NCBI GenBank assembly: GCA_963696385.1
Contig: CAVOKF010000007.1
Location: 992,001-1,056,000, forward strand
Length of the DNA stretch: 64,000 nucleotides
Direction: 5' to 3'
From: an uncultured delta proteobacterium
GTDB lineage: Bacteria; Myxococcota_A; Polyangia; Polyangiales; Polyangiaceae
The notes beneath the pieces were generated by a model. It did not search any database. It had not been told where the DNA came from and saw only the letters and a list, made by a program, of their open reading frames with translations. The position numbers and the translations under genes are program-made. This document shows, one piece after another, positions 17,653 through 30,132 of the stretch; the first letter of the stretch is position 1, and each line of letters opens with the position of its first letter.

Positions 17653-19390
17653 AGGCGGCAGTAGCGGCGCGAGGAGCGAAGGCACGCGCACCGGCGCAGA
17701 AATCATGTGGGAGGTCCTCGGGCGCGAGGGCGTCGACGTCGTCTTCGGCTACCCCGGCGGCGCGATCATGCCGGTCTACGACGCGATGCTCAAGTACTCG
17801 ATCCGCCACGTCCTCGTTCGGCACGAGCAAGGTGCAGCGCACATGGCCGACGGCTACGCGCGTGCTTCCGGGCGCGTGGGTGTCGCGCTTGCGACGTCGG
17901 GCCCCGGCGCCACGAATCTCGTGACCGGAATCGCAACGGCCATGCTCGACTCGATCCCCATCGTGTGCATCACGGGGCAGGTCTCGTCACGGCTGATCGG
18001 CAGCGATGCCTTTCAGGAGACCGACATCACGGGCGTCACGCTTCCGATTACCAAGCACAACTACCTCGTGACGCGGGTGGAAGACGTCGCGCCCACGATC
18101 CGGGAAGCGTTCTACGTCGCACGCTCGGGACGACCTGGACCGGTCCTCGTCGACATCACGAAGGACGCTCAGCAAGCCGCGATCGACTTCGTCTGGGACG
18201 GCCGGCCCGTGCGCCTGCCCGGCTATCGCCCGGACCACCGAGCGCGCCCCGAGGACGTGAAGCGCGCCGCCGACATGATCGATCACTCCGAGCGGCCCAT
18301 CGTCTTTTGCGGCCACGGCGTGATCGCCGCCGGCGCCGGCGAACTCGTGGGCGAGTTCGTCGAGAAGACGGGCATCCCGGTCGCGTCGACGTTGCTCGGC
18401 CTGGGAGGCTTCCCTGCGACGCACCCGCTGTCGCTCGGCATGATGGGCATGCACGGCGAAGCCTGGGTGAACCGAGCCATTCAAGAGTCGGATCTCATCG
18501 TCGCGCTGGGGATGCGCTTCGACGACCGCGTCACCGGCAAGCTCGAGACGTACGCGCCACGGGCCAAGAAGATCCACTGCGAGCTCGATCCGGCCGAGAT
18601 CAACAAGAACGTCCACGTCGATTTGCCGCTGGTCGGCGACGTCGCCGACACGCTCCGTGCGCTAGTGCCGGCTCTGTCGAGAAGCCACCGCAGCGCTTGG
18701 CTCGCGCGGATCCATGAGCTCAAGGGCGACTCAGCCGTTCGCGACATCCAAACGCTGCCGCACTGCGGCCGCCTCTTCGCCGCGCACGTACTCCATGACC
18801 TCTGGCGCATCACCGAAGGCAAGGCGCTCGTCGTGACCGACGTCGGACAACACCAGATGTGGGAAGCGCAGTATTACAAGCACGACTTTCCGCGCAAGCT
18901 CATCACTTCGGGAGGGCTCGGGACCATGGGTTTCGCCCTACCGGCGGCGATCGGCGCCAAATTCGCGAAGCCCGAGGAAGAAGTCTGGGTCGTCGTCGGC
19001 GATGGCGGCTTCCAGATGACGGCCGCGGAGCTCTCTACCTGCGCGCAAGAAGGCATCAAAATCCACGTCGCAGTCATCAACAACGGCTACCTCGGCATGG
19101 TCCGGCAGTGGCAGCAGTTTTTCTACGGCGGTCGCTACGCAGCGACGCCGATGCGCGGCCCGGACTTCGTGAAACTGGCCGACGCTCACGGCTTGCTCGG
19201 GATGCGGGTCACCGAGCGCGACCAGATTCCGGCTGTGGTGGCGACCGCTCGAGCGGCGAAGGAGACGGCCGTCATCGACTTCCGGGTCGAGCAAGAGGAC
19301 AGCGTTTACCCCATGGTGGCCGCTGGGGCGGATCTTCACGACATGATTCGCCGACCGAACCCAATCGTCGAAACGGCCGACGACGATTAG
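17645..19390 (+). CDS. ilvB: Acetolactate synthase large subunit
   Basis: FGYPGGAIMP, RHEQGAAHMADGYAR, TSGPGATN, RFDDRVTG, DVGQHQMW, TPP motif GDGGFQM...NNGYLGMVRQWQ. Confidence 0.96.
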   Translation: MAEGGSSGARSEGTRTGAEIMWEVLGREGVDVVFGYPGGAIMPVYDAMLKYSIRHVLVRHEQGAAHMADGYARASGRVGVALATSGPGATNLVTGIATAMLDSIPIVCITGQVSSRLIGSDAFQETDITGVTLPITKHNYLVTRVEDVAPTIREAFYVARSGRPGPVLVDITKDAQQAAIDFVWDGRPVRLPGYRPDHRARPEDVKRAADMIDHSERPIVFCGHGVIAAGAGELVGEFVEKTGIPVASTLLGLGGFPATHPLSLGMMGMHGEAWVNRAIQESDLIVALGMRFDDRVTGKLETYAPRAKKIHCELDPAEINKNVHVDLPLVGDVADTLRALVPALSRSHRSAWLARIHELKGDSAVRDIQTLPHCGRLFAAHVLHDLWRITEGKALVVTDVGQHQMWEAQYYKHDFPRKLITSGGLGTMGFALPAAIGAKFAKPEEEVWVVVGDGGFQMTAAELSTCAQEGIKIHVAVINNGYLGMVRQWQQFFYGGRYAATPMRGPDFVKLADAHGLLGMRVTERDQIPAVVATARAAKETAVIDFRVEQEDSVYPMVAAGADLHDMIRRPNPIVETADDD

Positions 19391-19485
19391 TTCGGCAAGC
19401 CGTGGATCGAGATTGCACTCCACCTTTACCCCCGACTCTCGCAGACTAAATTTCGGCGCACAGACTGACACCAAAGGATTGAGTC

Positions 19486-20040
19486 ATGAGCCATGCCACC
19501 CGCCATACGTTCATTGCGTACGTTGAGGACCTGCCCGGGGTGCTGAACCGGGTGACGTCGCTCCTTCGGCGGCGCAACTACAACATCGTCTCGCTGACGG
19601 TCGGGCGGACCGAACGGCCGGGTGTCTCGCGCATGACGATCGTCCTCGATGCCGACGACGACGGAGCGAGGCGCATCGAAGCCAACCTGTACAAGCTGGT
19701 GAACGTATTGTGGGTCGAGAACACGAGCGAAGCGGCGACGATGGTGCGCGAGCTCGCGCTCATCAAGGTGCGTGCGGACGCCAACATTCGCAGTGAAGTG
19801 ATGCGCCTATGCGACGTCTTTCGGGCGCGCGTCGTCGACGTCGGACCGGAGGCGCTCGTCGCCGAGATCACGGGAACGGGCGACAAAATCGACGGTTTGG
19901 TCGACGTGCTGCGGCCCTTTGGTCTGGTCGAAATGGTACGCACCGGGGTGGTCGCGATGGTCCGGAGCGCCGAGGCGACCGCCGATCGCGTTCCGCTGAG
20001 CACCCGGCCGCCGCCTCCCGACGACATGAGGGCCGCCTAA
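19486..20040 (+). CDS. ilvN: Acetolactate synthase small (regulatory) subunit
   Basis: ACT domain [11 protein letters not shown]...[26 protein letters not shown]. Confidence 0.94.
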   Translation: MSHATRHTFIAYVEDLPGVLNRVTSLLRRRNYNIVSLTVGRTERPGVSRMTIVLDADDDGARRIEANLYKLVNVLWVENTSEAATMVRELALIKVRADANIRSEVMRLCDVFRARVVDVGPEALVAEITGTGDKIDGLVDVLRPFGLVEMVRTGVVAMVRSAEATADRVPLSTRPPPPDDMRAA

Positions 20041-20087
20041 ACGAGCTCATGCTCGCCCAACGAATACGAAAAAGGAAACCGACGACA

Positions 20088-21101
20088 ATGGCCAAGATCT
20101 TCTACGACAAGGACTGCGACCTCGCGATCATTCGCGCGAAGAAGGTCGCGATCATCGGGTACGGTTCGCAGGGTCACGCGCACGCGCTGAACCTGAAGGA
20201 CAGCGGGGTCGACGTGAGGGTCGGTCTGCACGCGTCGAGCAAGAGCGTTGCCAAAGCAAAGGCCGCCGGGCTCAAGGTACTGCCGGTCGCGGAGGCCGCG
20301 GCATGGGCCGACGTCGTCATGATCCTCATCCCGGACACGTCGCAGGGCAAGGTGTACGCGGCCGAGATCGCGCCACACCTCGGCCCCGGCAGGACGCTCA
20401 TGTTCGCACACGGGTTCAACATCCGGTTCGGCACCATTTCGCCACGGGCCGACGTCGACGTGAGCATGATCGCGCCCAAGGGACCCGGCCACCGCGTCCG
20501 CGAGACGTTCCAGGCCGGTCAGGGTGTCCCGGCGCTCATCGCGGTCCACCAAGACGCCAGCGGGTCGGCGCACTCGCTCGCACTTTCGTACGCGGGCGCC
20601 CTCGGCGCGGCGCGCGCGGGGGTCCTGGAGACGACGTTCGCCGAGGAAACGGAGACGGACCTCTTCGGCGAACAAGCCGTGCTCTGCGGCGGCGTAAGCG
20701 CGTTGGTCAAGGCGGCATTCGGCACGCTCGTCGACGCCGGTTATCAACCGGAGGTCGCTTACTTCGAGTGCTTGCACGAGCTCAAGTTGATCGTCGACCT
20801 CATGTACCGGGGAGGCCTTCGGTACATGCGCTACTCCATCAGCGATACGGCAGAGTACGGAGACTACGTCTCGGGCCCACGCGTCGTCGACGCGCGCACC
20901 AAAGAGACGATGGGCAAACTCCTCGAAGAGATTCGCTCCGGGCAGTTCGCCCGCAAGTGGATCGAAGAGAACGAGACCGGGCGCAAGTGGTTCTCCGCAC
21001 AGCGGGTGAAGGAGCGCGATCTGCTCATCGAGACCGTTGGCGAAAAGCTCAGGGCCATGATGCCATTTTTGGACCCGGTCAAAGTCGAGCCGCAAGAATG
21101 A
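20088..21101 (+). CDS. ilvC: Ketol-acid reductoisomerase
   Basis: [67 protein letters not shown]. Confidence 0.96.
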   Translation: MAKIFYDKDCDLAIIRAKKVAIIGYGSQGHAHALNLKDSGVDVRVGLHASSKSVAKAKAAGLKVLPVAEAAAWADVVMILIPDTSQGKVYAAEIAPHLGPGRTLMFAHGFNIRFGTISPRADVDVSMIAPKGPGHRVRETFQAGQGVPALIAVHQDASGSAHSLALSYAGALGAARAGVLETTFAEETETDLFGEQAVLCGGVSALVKAAFGTLVDAGYQPEVAYFECLHELKLIVDLMYRGGLRYMRYSISDTAEYGDYVSGPRVVDARTKETMGKLLEEIRSGQFARKWIEENETGRKWFSAQRVKERDLLIETVGEKLRAMMPFLDPVKVEPQE

Positions 21102-22789
21102 CTCGGCACGACCCCGCCTCGACGACCGAGACGGACTACGTGCGGATCTTCGATACGACGCTGCGCGACGGTGAGCAGTCGCCGGGCGCGACGATGACGT
21201 CGGCCGAAAAGCTCGAAATTGCCCGAGCCCTGGCGCGCCTCGGGGTCGACGTCATCGAGGCCGGCTTTCCCGCAGCGTCGTCCGACGACTTGGCGGCTGT
21301 GCGCGCGATTGCCGAGGCGGTAGGCGCCCAGTTCGTCGAGGGGCGGCCCGAGGACCTGCCCCCGATCGTGTGCGGGCTCGCACGCGCAAGCCGCGCAGAC
21401 ATCGACCGAGCGTGGGAAGCCGTGCGCCCCGCCGCGCGGCCGCGGATCCATGTGTTCTTGGCGACGTCCGATCTGCACATGAAGCACAAGCTTCGGATGA
21501 CGCGCGCGGACGTGCTTGGCCGGGTGGCGGACATGGTCAGCCACGCGAAGAGCTTGTGCAACGACGTGGAGTTCAGCGCCGAGGACGCCGGCCGTAGCGA
21601 ACCCGAGTTTCTCTTCGAGGCACTCGCGCGCGCCATACGCGCCGGCGCTACGACCTTGAACATCCCCGACACCGTCGGATACACGACCCCCGACGAATTC
21701 GGCGCGCTGATCCGGGCCGTTCGGGCGAACGTTCCAGGCGCCGACGGTGTCGTCATCTCGGTTCATTGCCACGACAATCTCGGTCTCGCGACCGCCAACA
21801 CGCTTGCCGGCATCGCCGCGGGCGCCCGGCAGGCGGAGGTGACGATCAACGGCATCGGCGAGCGCGCGGGAAACACGTCTCTGGAGGAGGTCGTGATGGC
21901 CCTAGCGACGAGGTCCACGAAGTTCGGGCTCCGAACGGGCATCGACTCGACCCAGCTCGTGCGGGTCAGCCGGCTCGTCAGCACCGTGACCGGGGTCGTC
22001 GTGCCCCCGAACAAGGCCATCGTTGGAGCGAACGCGTTTGCACACGAGTCGGGCATCCATCAAGACGGAATGCTCAAGCACCAGGCGACCTACGAGATCA
22101 TGCGCCCCGAGAGCGTCGGCGCAACGCAAACGCGACTCGTGCTCGGCAAGCATTCTGGCCGTGCCGCGCTCGCAGCGCGACTCGCAGAGCTCGGGTACAG
22201 CTTCGACGATGCCGCGCTGGACCGCATCTTTGCGCGATTCAAGGCGCTCGCCGATCGGCGCAAGTCGGTGGCCGACGCCGACCTCGAGGCGCTCGTCCAC
22301 GACGATGCCAAGCCGCAGGACGAGCTGTTCGCGCTCGAAGGGCTGCAGGTAGCGTGCGGGATGCAGGGAATGCCCACCGCTACGGTTCGCTTGCGCGGCC
22401 CCGACGGGCGCGTGCACGTGCACGCATCGGTGGGCACCGGGCCCGTGGACGCGGCCTACAAGGCCATCGATGCACTCATTCGAGCCCCCTCGGAACTCAT
22501 CGAGTTTTCGGTCCAATCGGTCACCGAGGGGATCGACGCCCTCGGCGAAGTGAGCGTGCGCGTTCGAGCGCTCTCGGAGCGGCACGCGCAGAAGGCACAG
22601 CGCGAAGTCGCGAGCGCACCCGTTTGCCACGGCAACGCCGCCGACACCGACATCATCGTGGCGAGCGCCAAGGCCTACCTCAAGGCGCTCAACCGGATGC
22701 TCGCGAGCCTCGGACAGGGCCGGGCTTCGAACAATCGCATGGCCGCAGCACCGGCCCCGACGGGCCCCGTAGAGGAGGGTCGTCCATGA
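21098..22789 (+). CDS. leuA: 2-isopropylmalate synthase
   Basis: [48 protein letters not shown]-terminal regulatory domain GTGPVDA. Confidence 0.95.
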   Translation: MTRHDPASTTETDYVRIFDTTLRDGEQSPGATMTSAEKLEIARALARLGVDVIEAGFPAASSDDLAAVRAIAEAVGAQFVEGRPEDLPPIVCGLARASRADIDRAWEAVRPAARPRIHVFLATSDLHMKHKLRMTRADVLGRVADMVSHAKSLCNDVEFSAEDAGRSEPEFLFEALARAIRAGATTLNIPDTVGYTTPDEFGALIRAVRANVPGADGVVISVHCHDNLGLATANTLAGIAAGARQAEVTINGIGERAGNTSLEEVVMALATRSTKFGLRTGIDSTQLVRVSRLVSTVTGVVVPPNKAIVGANAFAHESGIHQDGMLKHQATYEIMRPESVGATQTRLVLGKHSGRAALAARLAELGYSFDDAALDRIFARFKALADRRKSVADADLEALVHDDAKPQDELFALEGLQVACGMQGMPTATVRLRGPDGRVHVHASVGTGPVDAAYKAIDALIRAPSELIEFSVQSVTEGIDALGEVSVRVRALSERHAQKAQREVASAPVCHGNAADTDIIVASAKAYLKALNRMLASLGQGRASNNRMAAAPAPTGPVEEGRP

Positions 22790-24213
22790 CGGAACCGAAG
22801 ACACTGTTCGACAAGGTTTGGAGCGCGCACGTCGTAAGAGAGGAGGCCTCTGCCCCGACGGTGCTGTACGTCGATCTTCATCTGGTTCACGAAGTGACGT
22901 CGCCGCAGGCGTTCGATGGACTGCGTAGCCGTGGGCTGCGGGTGCGCCGCCCCGACCGGACGTTCGCCACGATGGATCACTCGACGCCGACCTTGCCGCG
23001 AAAGCTCGCCGTCGTCGATCCCCAGGCGCAGGCGCAGCTCGCGAAGCTTCAGGCGAACTGCGCCGAGTTCGGCATTTGCCTGTACGACCTCGAATCGGCG
23101 GACCAGGGGATCGTACACGTCATCGGCCCAGAGCTCGGGCTTACCCAGCCTGGGCGGACCATCGTGTGCGGCGACAGCCACACGTCGACGCATGGCGCCT
23201 TCGGAGCGCTTGCGTTCGGGATCGGCACGAGTGAGGTCGAACACGTCTTGGCCGCCCAGTGTCTGCTGCAAAGCAAGCCCAAGACGCTCGAGGTGCGCGT
23301 CGACGGGTCGCTGTCGCCCGGGGTGGGGGCAAAGGACGTCATCTTGGCGCTGATCGCCAAGATCGGAACCGGGGGCGCGACGGGACACGTCATCGAATAC
23401 CGGGGCTCTGCGATCGATGCGCTCGATATGGAAGCGCGAATGACCATCTGCAACATGTCGATCGAGGCCGGCGCTCGCGCGGGCATGATCGCTCCGGACG
23501 AGGCGACGTTCGCCTGGCTCGACGGCCGCCGGTTCGCGCCGAAAGGCGACGCGTGGCGGACCGCCGTCGACCATTGGCGCACCCTCGGAAGCGACGAGGG
23601 CGCGAAGTTCGATGCCACCGTCACGCTCGACGCGACGGCGCTCGCGCCGATGATCACGTACGGAACGAACCCGGCCATGGCCATTCCCGTAACGGGGCGC
23701 GTCCCCGCGCTGGATTCCATGGGCAGTGCGTCCGACCGCGCGGCGCTCGCCAAGGCGCTCGACTACATGGGTCTTGTTCCAGGGGCGGCCATCGCGGGGC
23801 AGCGAGTCGACGTCGTCTTCATTGGGTCGTGTACCAACTCCCGACTGGGTGATCTGCGTGCGGCGGCAGACGTGATGCGTCATCGCAAGGTCGCGGCGGG
23901 CGTGCGCGTCCTGGTCGTTCCGGGATCGAAGGCCATCAAGCACCAAGCCGAAACCGAGGGCCTCGACGTCGTATTTCGCGATGCCGGCGCCGAGTGGCGT
24001 GAGGCCGGCTGCTCGATGTGCATCGCAATGAACGGCGACCAGCTCAGTCCGGGCCAATACGCCGTGAGCACCAGCAATCGAAATTTCGAGGGCCGTCAGG
24101 GGCGTGGGGGGCGAACACTGCTCGCCTCGCCGCTCACGGCCGCTGCGGCAGCGGTGACGGGCCGGGTCGTCGATCCGCGCACGTTGCTCGCACGCTCGGG
24201 AGGCAACACATGA
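22786..24213 (+). CDS. leuC: 3-isopropylmalate dehydratase large subunit
   Basis: [60 protein letters not shown]. Confidence 0.96.
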   Translation: MTEPKTLFDKVWSAHVVREEASAPTVLYVDLHLVHEVTSPQAFDGLRSRGLRVRRPDRTFATMDHSTPTLPRKLAVVDPQAQAQLAKLQANCAEFGICLYDLESADQGIVHVIGPELGLTQPGRTIVCGDSHTSTHGAFGALAFGIGTSEVEHVLAAQCLLQSKPKTLEVRVDGSLSPGVGAKDVILALIAKIGTGGATGHVIEYRGSAIDALDMEARMTICNMSIEAGARAGMIAPDEATFAWLDGRRFAPKGDAWRTAVDHWRTLGSDEGAKFDATVTLDATALAPMITYGTNPAMAIPVTGRVPALDSMGSASDRAALAKALDYMGLVPGAAIAGQRVDVVFIGSCTNSRLGDLRAAADVMRHRKVAAGVRVLVVPGSKAIKHQAETEGLDVVFRDAGAEWREAGCSMCIAMNGDQLSPGQYAVSTSNRNFEGRQGRGGRTLLASPLTAAAAAVTGRVVDPRTLLARSGGNT

Positions 24214-24812
24214 CCATCGAAGCGCGTACGCCGTTTACATCGTTGACCTCGACGTACGTCCTGCTGCCGGTGGACAACGTCGACACGGACCAGATCATCC
24301 CGGCGCGCTTTCTCAAGGTGACCGACAAGCGTGGGCTTGGCGCAAGCGTGTTCGCCGACTGGCGCTTGCGGCAGGATGGGACGCCGGATCCCGACTTCCC
24401 GCTCAACCGCCCGGACGCGGCCGGCGCAGAGATCCTGGTGGCGGGTGCCAACTTTGGCTGCGGTTCCTCGCGCGAGCATGCCCCGTGGGCACTCGTGGGC
24501 TGGGGCCTTCGTGCCATCGTGGCACCGTCGTTCGCCGATATTTTCAAGCAGAACGCGATGAAGAACGGCCTCCTTCCGGTCGCCGTCGACGCGGTCGTCC
24601 ACGCTCGCGTGGTCGCCGCGCGACGCGCCGATTCGCGCGCCCGCCTCACGGTCGATCTGCCGGCTCAAAGACTGTCGCTCGACGGCAAGCCCATCGCGCA
24701 GTTCGGCATCGATCCGTTCGCCAAAGAGTGTCTCGTGCACGGCATCGACGAGCTCGGGTACCTGCTCGACCGCGTCGGGGACATCGATCGTTATGAAGCC
24801 AGTCACCCCTGA
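24210..24812 (+). CDS. leuD: 3-isopropylmalate dehydratase small subunit
   Basis: [43 protein letters not shown]. Confidence 0.95.
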   Translation: MTIEARTPFTSLTSTYVLLPVDNVDTDQIIPARFLKVTDKRGLGASVFADWRLRQDGTPDPDFPLNRPDAAGAEILVAGANFGCGSSREHAPWALVGWGLRAIVAPSFADIFKQNAMKNGLLPVAVDAVVHARVVAARRADSRARLTVDLPAQRLSLDGKPIAQFGIDPFAKECLVHGIDELGYLLDRVGDIDRYEASHP

Positions 24813-26397
24813 ATCGATCCACCTCTACGACACGACGCTGCGCGACGGATCGCAGCGCGAAGGGGTGAGCTTGTCGGCGCTCGACAAAATTCACATCGCG
24901 CGCATCCTCGATAGGCTCGGAATCGATTTCATCGAACTCGGATGGCCGGGCTCGAATCCCAAAGACGTCGAAGCATTCGAACGTGCGCGGGACATTCAGT
25001 GGGAAAACGCCACGATCGCGGCGTTCGGCTCCACGCGACGCGCGGGCACCACGGCAGAGGACGACCCCCAAGTGGCCGCGCTGTTGGCGACGGGCGCACC
25101 CGTCTGCACCATCGTCGGCAAATCGTCGCTTTTCCAGGTTCGCGAGGTGCTGCGCGTCAGCGCCGACGAGAACCTGAGAATGATCGCCGAAACGGTGACC
25201 TTTCTCGTGAGCCGCGGGCGCCGGGTCGTCTACGATGCCGAACACTTCTTCGACGGCTGCCGGGCTGACGCCTCTTTCGCGATGGAAACGCTGCGGGTTG
25301 CGGCAGGCGCCGGCGCCGAGGTGGTCGTGCTTTGCGACTCCAACGGGGGCACTCTTCCCTGGGAGATCGAGCAACGTGTTCGAACGGTCACCCGCGATCT
25401 CGCCAGCCCCGTCGGCATCCACGCCCACGACGATACGGGCTGCGGCGTAGCCAATTCGCTGGCCGCGGTCATGGGTGGCGCCGCGCACGTGCAGGGGACC
25501 ATGAACGGCTACGGCGAAAGGTGCGGCAACGCCAACATTTGCACGATCGCACCCACGCTGGAGCTCAAGCTCGGGCGACGCTGTTTGCGCGACGGGGCCT
25601 TGGTCGAGCTCACTCACGCCGCACGCGAAGTCGCCGAGATCGCCAACATGGCGCCGGACGCGCACGCACCGTACGTGGGTCGCAGCGCCTTCGCGCACAA
25701 GGGTGGAATTCACGTAGCCGCGATTCGGCGCCATCCTCGGGCCTACGAGCACGTCGACCCGGCGCTCGTGGGCAACCGTACGCGCGTAGTGGTGAGCGAG
25801 CTGTCGGGGCGCGGAAACGTGATCGCAAAAGCCGAAGAGTACGGCGTGACACTGGAAGGCGGCGGGGATCAGGCCGTCTTGCGCGGCGTCAAGGAGCTCG
25901 AAGCGCGCGGCTACGCCTTCGAGTCGGCGGACGCGTCGATCGCGCTGCTCATGCGCCGGCAGTTGCCGGGCTACACGCCTCCCTTCGATCTGCTCGATTA
26001 CAAGGTGATCGTCCACAAACGAGCGTCCGACGACTCGTACGCCGATGCAGCCATCAAGATTCGCGTCCAAGGCAAGGCCGTGCACACCGCGGCCGAAGGC
26101 AACGGGCCGGTGAGCGCGCTGGACGCGGCGCTGCGCAAGGCACTTTCCGGGGCCTATCCGGAGGTCAACCGCATCCGGCTCGAGGACTACAAGGTCCGCA
26201 TTCTGGACGGTGTGGTGGGCACGTCCGCTACGGTGCGCGTCCTCATCGAAAACGGCTTCGGCGAGGAGCGGTGGACTACGGTCGGCGCATCTTCGGACGT
26301 GATCGAGGCCTCGTGGCTCGCGCTCGTCGACGGGATCGAATACGGATTGGCCATCGCGCGGGACGGGGCAAACCGGATGAGGGTGCTAGAGACATGA
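24793..26397 (+). CDS. cimA: Citramalate synthase (bacterial CimA type)
   Basis: [80 protein letters not shown] are typical of Geobacter-type CimA. Confidence 0.85.
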   Translation: MKPVTPESIHLYDTTLRDGSQREGVSLSALDKIHIARILDRLGIDFIELGWPGSNPKDVEAFERARDIQWENATIAAFGSTRRAGTTAEDDPQVAALLATGAPVCTIVGKSSLFQVREVLRVSADENLRMIAETVTFLVSRGRRVVYDAEHFFDGCRADASFAMETLRVAAGAGAEVVVLCDSNGGTLPWEIEQRVRTVTRDLASPVGIHAHDDTGCGVANSLAAVMGGAAHVQGTMNGYGERCGNANICTIAPTLELKLGRRCLRDGALVELTHAAREVAEIANMAPDAHAPYVGRSAFAHKGGIHVAAIRRHPRAYEHVDPALVGNRTRVVVSELSGRGNVIAKAEEYGVTLEGGGDQAVLRGVKELEARGYAFESADASIALLMRRQLPGYTPPFDLLDYKVIVHKRASDDSYADAAIKIRVQGKAVHTAAEGNGPVSALDAALRKALSGAYPEVNRIRLEDYKVRILDGVVGTSATVRVLIENGFGEERWTTVGASSDVIEASWLALVDGIEYGLAIARDGANRMRVLET

Positions 26398-27461
26398 TGG
26401 CGAACTTGGTTCTCCTCGCGGGTGATGGCATCGGTCCGGAGATTGTCGCCGAAGGCCGGCGCGTGCTCGAGCGGATTGCCGCTCGATTCGGACACCGATT
26501 CGAGTTCTCCGAACAACGGATCGGCGGCGCGGCGATCGACGCCACGGGAGACCCGCTGCCTGCCGAGACCCTGTCGGCCTGCCGCGGCGCCGATGCGATT
26601 CTGCTCGGCGCCGTCGGCGGCCCGAAGTGGGACGACCCTCGCGCGACAATCCGCCCGGAGCAGGGGCTGCTCGGCATACGTCGCGCACTCGGTCTGTACG
26701 CGAATCTTCGGCCGGTCCGTGTGCACCCGGCGCTCGCCGACACGTCCCCCCTCAAGCCGGAGCGGATCGAAGGGGTCGATATCCTATTCGTGCGCGAACT
26801 CACCGGTGGATTGTATTTCGGCAAGCCACGCCTGCGCGAGACCGTGGGGGGTCGGACCCGCGCCGTCGACACGCTGGAGTACACGGACGAGGAGATCCGC
26901 CGTGTGGTGCGACTGGCCTTTCGGCTCGCCGCTGGACGGCGCAAACTGGTCACCTCCGTCGACAAGGCAAACGTGCTCGAGTCGTCGCGCTTGTGGCGTG
27001 AGATCGCCATCGAGGTGGGGGCCCAAGAACCGGCGGTACGGCTCGAGCATCAGCTGGTCGATTCCTGCGCGATGCGGCTTTTGACCGCCCCCAAGGGGTT
27101 CGACGTGGTCGTGACGGAGAACATGTTCGGCGACATCTTGACCGACGAAGCCGCGGTACTGGCCGGCTCGCTCGGCCTTCTGCCGAGCGCGTCGCTCGGC
27201 GAGGGAACACGCGGCCTGTACGAGCCGATCCATGGATCCGCACCGGACATCGCAGGAAGAGGAATCGCCAACCCGCTGGGTACGATCATGAGCGTCGCCA
27301 TGCTGCTTCGCCACTCCTTGGGGCTCGAGAGCGAGGCACGCGCCGTCGAAGGTGCGGTCGACTCCGCGATCACGGCCGGCGCGCGCACCGGAGACATGAG
27401 TCGCGATCACCCGATCTCGACTCGGGAGATGGGCAGCGCCGTCTGCGACGGCATTCGATGA
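26394..27461 (+). CDS. leuB: 3-isopropylmalate dehydrogenase
   Basis: [60 protein letters not shown]. Confidence 0.96.
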   Translation: MMANLVLLAGDGIGPEIVAEGRRVLERIAARFGHRFEFSEQRIGGAAIDATGDPLPAETLSACRGADAILLGAVGGPKWDDPRATIRPEQGLLGIRRALGLYANLRPVRVHPALADTSPLKPERIEGVDILFVRELTGGLYFGKPRLRETVGGRTRAVDTLEYTDEEIRRVVRLAFRLAAGRRKLVTSVDKANVLESSRLWREIAIEVGAQEPAVRLEHQLVDSCAMRLLTAPKGFDVVVTENMFGDILTDEAAVLAGSLGLLPSASLGEGTRGLYEPIHGSAPDIAGRGIANPLGTIMSVAMLLRHSLGLESEARAVEGAVDSAITAGARTGDMSRDHPISTREMGSAVCDGIR

Positions 27462-27528
27462 ACGAACCGCTCCGCGTGCCTTTGCGGGACGGACCGAGTG
27501 TGGCATGGTGCCCAGGCGATCCGAACGC

Positions 27529-27600
27529 GGTGAGGTAGCCAAGTGGTCAGGCAGCGGATTGCAAATCCGTTATACGTGGGTTCGAATCCCATCCTCACCT
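27529..27600 (+). tRNA. tRNA-Cys (GCA); 3' CCA not encoded
   Basis: Acceptor stem GGTGAGG/CCTCACC, D arm GCC..GGC, anticodon arm GCGGA-TTGCAAA-TCCGT, T arm GTGGG-TTCGAAT-CCCAT, discriminator U followed by CCC. Confidence 0.95.
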
Positions 27601-27721
27601 CCCGACCGATTTCTGGCGGCCGTGACACGGTTCGATGGTGTCCGATACGGCGCTCACCACGCGAGGTCGTATGCCCCGCAAGCCGGATCGCCGCGTGTGA
27701 CGCGGCGCGGGACTAGGCCCG

Positions 27722-28372
27722 ATGCTGCAGGCGCTTCTCTTCGACATGAACGGAGTCATCGTCGACGACATGCCGTTTCACGAACGCGCATGGATGGCGC
27801 TCGCCGCACGGCACGGCCGCACGCTGACTCCGGACGAATTTCGGCGTGAAATGAGCGGCCGGCGGAACCGCGACAACATCCGTCACATTTTCGGCGAGGC
27901 CCTCTCGGACTGGCAAGTGCACGCCTATCAGCTCGAAAAGGAAGAGGCCTACCGCGAAGCGTATCGCCCGCTTCGGGCGCCGCTCCCCGGGCTCGTCCCC
28001 TTCCTCGTCGAAGCGCGCGCGGCCGGGCTGCGAATTGCCGTGGCAACGTCAGCTCCGAAGGACAACATCGACTTCGTGCTCGATGGGCTCGACCTCCGAC
28101 GGCAATTCGACGTCGTCGTGGGCGAAGCAGAAGTCACACGCAGCAAGCCCGATCCGGAGATCTACCTGACAGCGGCGTCGCGGTTGGGCGTGGGTTCCTC
28201 CGGATGCATCGTGTTCGAAGACTCACTTGCGGGCATCGCGTCCGGGCTCGCGGGCGGCATGCCGGTGGTCGGGGTGACGACCACGCACACGGCGGACGAG
28301 CTTCGCGACTGCGCACTCGTCATCGCCGATTTTCGCGACCTGACGATCGCCGAGATCTCCCGCCTTGCGTAG
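27722..28372 (+). CDS. HAD-family phosphatase (beta-PGM/CbbY-like)
   Basis: FDMNGVIVD, VATSA, KPDPEIY, VFEDSLAGI. Confidence 0.88.
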   Translation: MLQALLFDMNGVIVDDMPFHERAWMALAARHGRTLTPDEFRREMSGRRNRDNIRHIFGEALSDWQVHAYQLEKEEAYREAYRPLRAPLPGLVPFLVEARAAGLRIAVATSAPKDNIDFVLDGLDLRRQFDVVVGEAEVTRSKPDPEIYLTAASRLGVGSSGCIVFEDSLAGIASGLAGGMPVVGVTTTHTADELRDCALVIADFRDLTIAEISRLA

Positions 28373-28432
28373 CTTGGGCCAAACCGCTTCGGGACTCGAC
28401 TTCCGACGGCCTCGGGCGCAAAGCCGCCTCCT

Positions 28433-29443
28433 CTAGGCGCACTCCAGAACGGCAGACCCTCGGACCTCGCCGCGGGCGAGCCGGTCGAGCGCGACGTTCG
28501 CGTCCGCCAGAGGGTACACCTCGCGCTCCGTTCGCACGGGAATGCGCGCGGCGAGATCGAGGAATTCGACGGCGTCCTGTCGCGTGAAGTTCGCCACGCT
28601 CCGCAGCGATCGCTCCCACCACAGATCCGCGTACGGCATCTCGGGCAAGCGGTCGAGATGGATGGCGTTGATGGCGACGGAGCCTCCGCGATCCACGGCG
28701 CGAAGCGCGGCCGCAACGACGCTCCCCGCCGGCGCAAACGTGATCGCGGCATCGAGCGGCTCCGGAGGCCTGTCGTCGTATCCGCCGGCCCATTCGGCCC
28801 CGAGACCGAGAGCGCGGGCGCGCTCGACCCCCGAGCGGGTGCACACGAAGACGCGACAGCCCCAATGACGCGCGACCTGCACGGCGAGCGTCGCGGATGC
28901 GCCGAAACCATAGAGACCGAGCCGCCCGCCCGGCCGAATCCCACTCACCTTGAGCGATCGATAACCGATGACCCCACCGCACAGCAGAGGGGCCGCATCG
29001 AGGTCGGCGAATCCGTCGGGCAGCTTCAGCGCGAAGTCGGCGCGCGCGACGGCCATGCCCGCGTACCCTCCGTCTCGGTCCCAGCCCGTGAACTCGGCGG
29101 CCTCGCACAGGTTCTCTCGCCCGTCGCGGCACTGGGGGCACGATCCGTCCGTTCCAGCAAGCCACGCCACGCCGGCTCGTTCGCCTTCGCGCCAGCCCTC
29201 GACGCCGCTGCCGATGGCCTCGACGCGACCGACGATCTGGTGTCCGGGAACGATCGGAAGCCGGCGAGCAACGATTTCGCCCTGGCAGATCTGCAAGTCG
29301 GTGCGACAGACGGCGCAGGCCGCCACCCGGAGCAGAATCTCGCCTCTGCCGGGCGCGGGAACGCTTCGTTCGACCGCACGGAGGGGATGGGCGCTCGAGG
29401 CGACCGGCTGGTCGAGCTGCATGACGCGCATCGAAAGACTCAT
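28433..29443 (-). CDS. Zinc-dependent alcohol dehydrogenase family protein
   Basis: CAVCRTDL, PGHQIVG, C..C...RENLC, APLLCGGVIGYRSL, GLYGFGASA. Confidence 0.9.
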   Translation of the reverse strand: MSLSMRVMQLDQPVASSAHPLRAVERSVPAPGRGEILLRVAACAVCRTDLQICQGEIVARRLPIVPGHQIVGRVEAIGSGVEGWREGERAGVAWLAGTDGSCPQCRDGRENLCEAAEFTGWDRDGGYAGMAVARADFALKLPDGFADLDAAPLLCGGVIGYRSLKVSGIRPGGRLGLYGFGASATLAVQVARHWGCRVFVCTRSGVERARALGLGAEWAGGYDDRPPEPLDAAITFAPAGSVVAAALRAVDRGGSVAINAIHLDRLPEMPYADLWWERSLRSVANFTRQDAVEFLDLAARIPVRTEREVYPLADANVALDRLARGEVRGSAVLECA

Positions 29444-30132
29444 GACGAGCGCCGTGGCAAACGCTTGCGCTCGAGACGCCGAACTCCGCCGCCCTCGGCG
29501 ACGAGCACGACGTCGGCCCGACCGATGAAGAGCCCGGCCTCGACGACACCCGGGATGGAATGCAGCGCGCGATCCAATTCGAATGCGTCGTCGATGGGCC
29601 CGGTATTCAAATCATAAATGAAATTGCCCGCGTCCGTCCGGAATGGCTTACCGCCGGACATGCGGAAGATGGGTTGTCCGAAACTCGCGAGATGCACCGA
29701 AGTCGTCACGTGGGCGAATGGCAATACCTCGACGGGAACCGCGCGGCGCTCGCCGAGCCGCGCCGACATCTTGGTCGCGTCGACGATCACGATGTTCCGC
29801 ACCGACGCGTAGTTGACGATCTTCTCTCGCGCGTGAGCACCGCCGCCACCCTTGATGAGATCGAGCTCTGCACTCACTTCGTCGGCGCCATCGACGGTGA
29901 CGTCGATCGACCATGGGCCGTCGTCCGCCAAGAGCGGAATCCCCAGACTGGCCGCGTGGATCCGCGTGGACTCGGACGTGGGCACACCCACGATGCGGAG
30001 TCCGTCGCGAACGCGGGCCCCGAGCTCTTCCACGAATAGCTGTGCTGTCGAGCCCGTGCCCAGGCCGATGATGCGGCTCTCGCCGATCTCGCCCAAGGCC
30101 GCACGCGCAGCCATTCGCTTCACGTCGATCAT
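29440..30132 (-). CDS. rpiA: Ribose-5-phosphate isomerase A
   Basis: GLGTGST, DGADEV, IKGGGGAHAREK, PVEV, GVVEAGLF. Confidence 0.95.
   Translation of the reverse strand: MIDVKRMAARAALGEIGESRIIGLGTGSTAQLFVEELGARVRDGLRIVGVPTSESTRIHAASLGIPLLADDGPWSIDVTVDGADEVSAELDLIKGGGGAHAREKIVNYASVRNIVIVDATKMSARLGERRAVPVEVLPFAHVTTSVHLASFGQPIFRMSGGKPFRTDAGNFIYDLNTGPIDDAFELDRALHSIPGVVEAGLFIGRADVVLVAEGGGVRRLERKRLPRRSS

Noticed and set aside
15691..27542. Many long antisense and alternate-frame ORFs over the ilv-leu genes and elsewhere
   Set aside because: Typical shadow ORFs of high-GC DNA; Arg/Ala/Gly-rich and overlapping well-supported genes.
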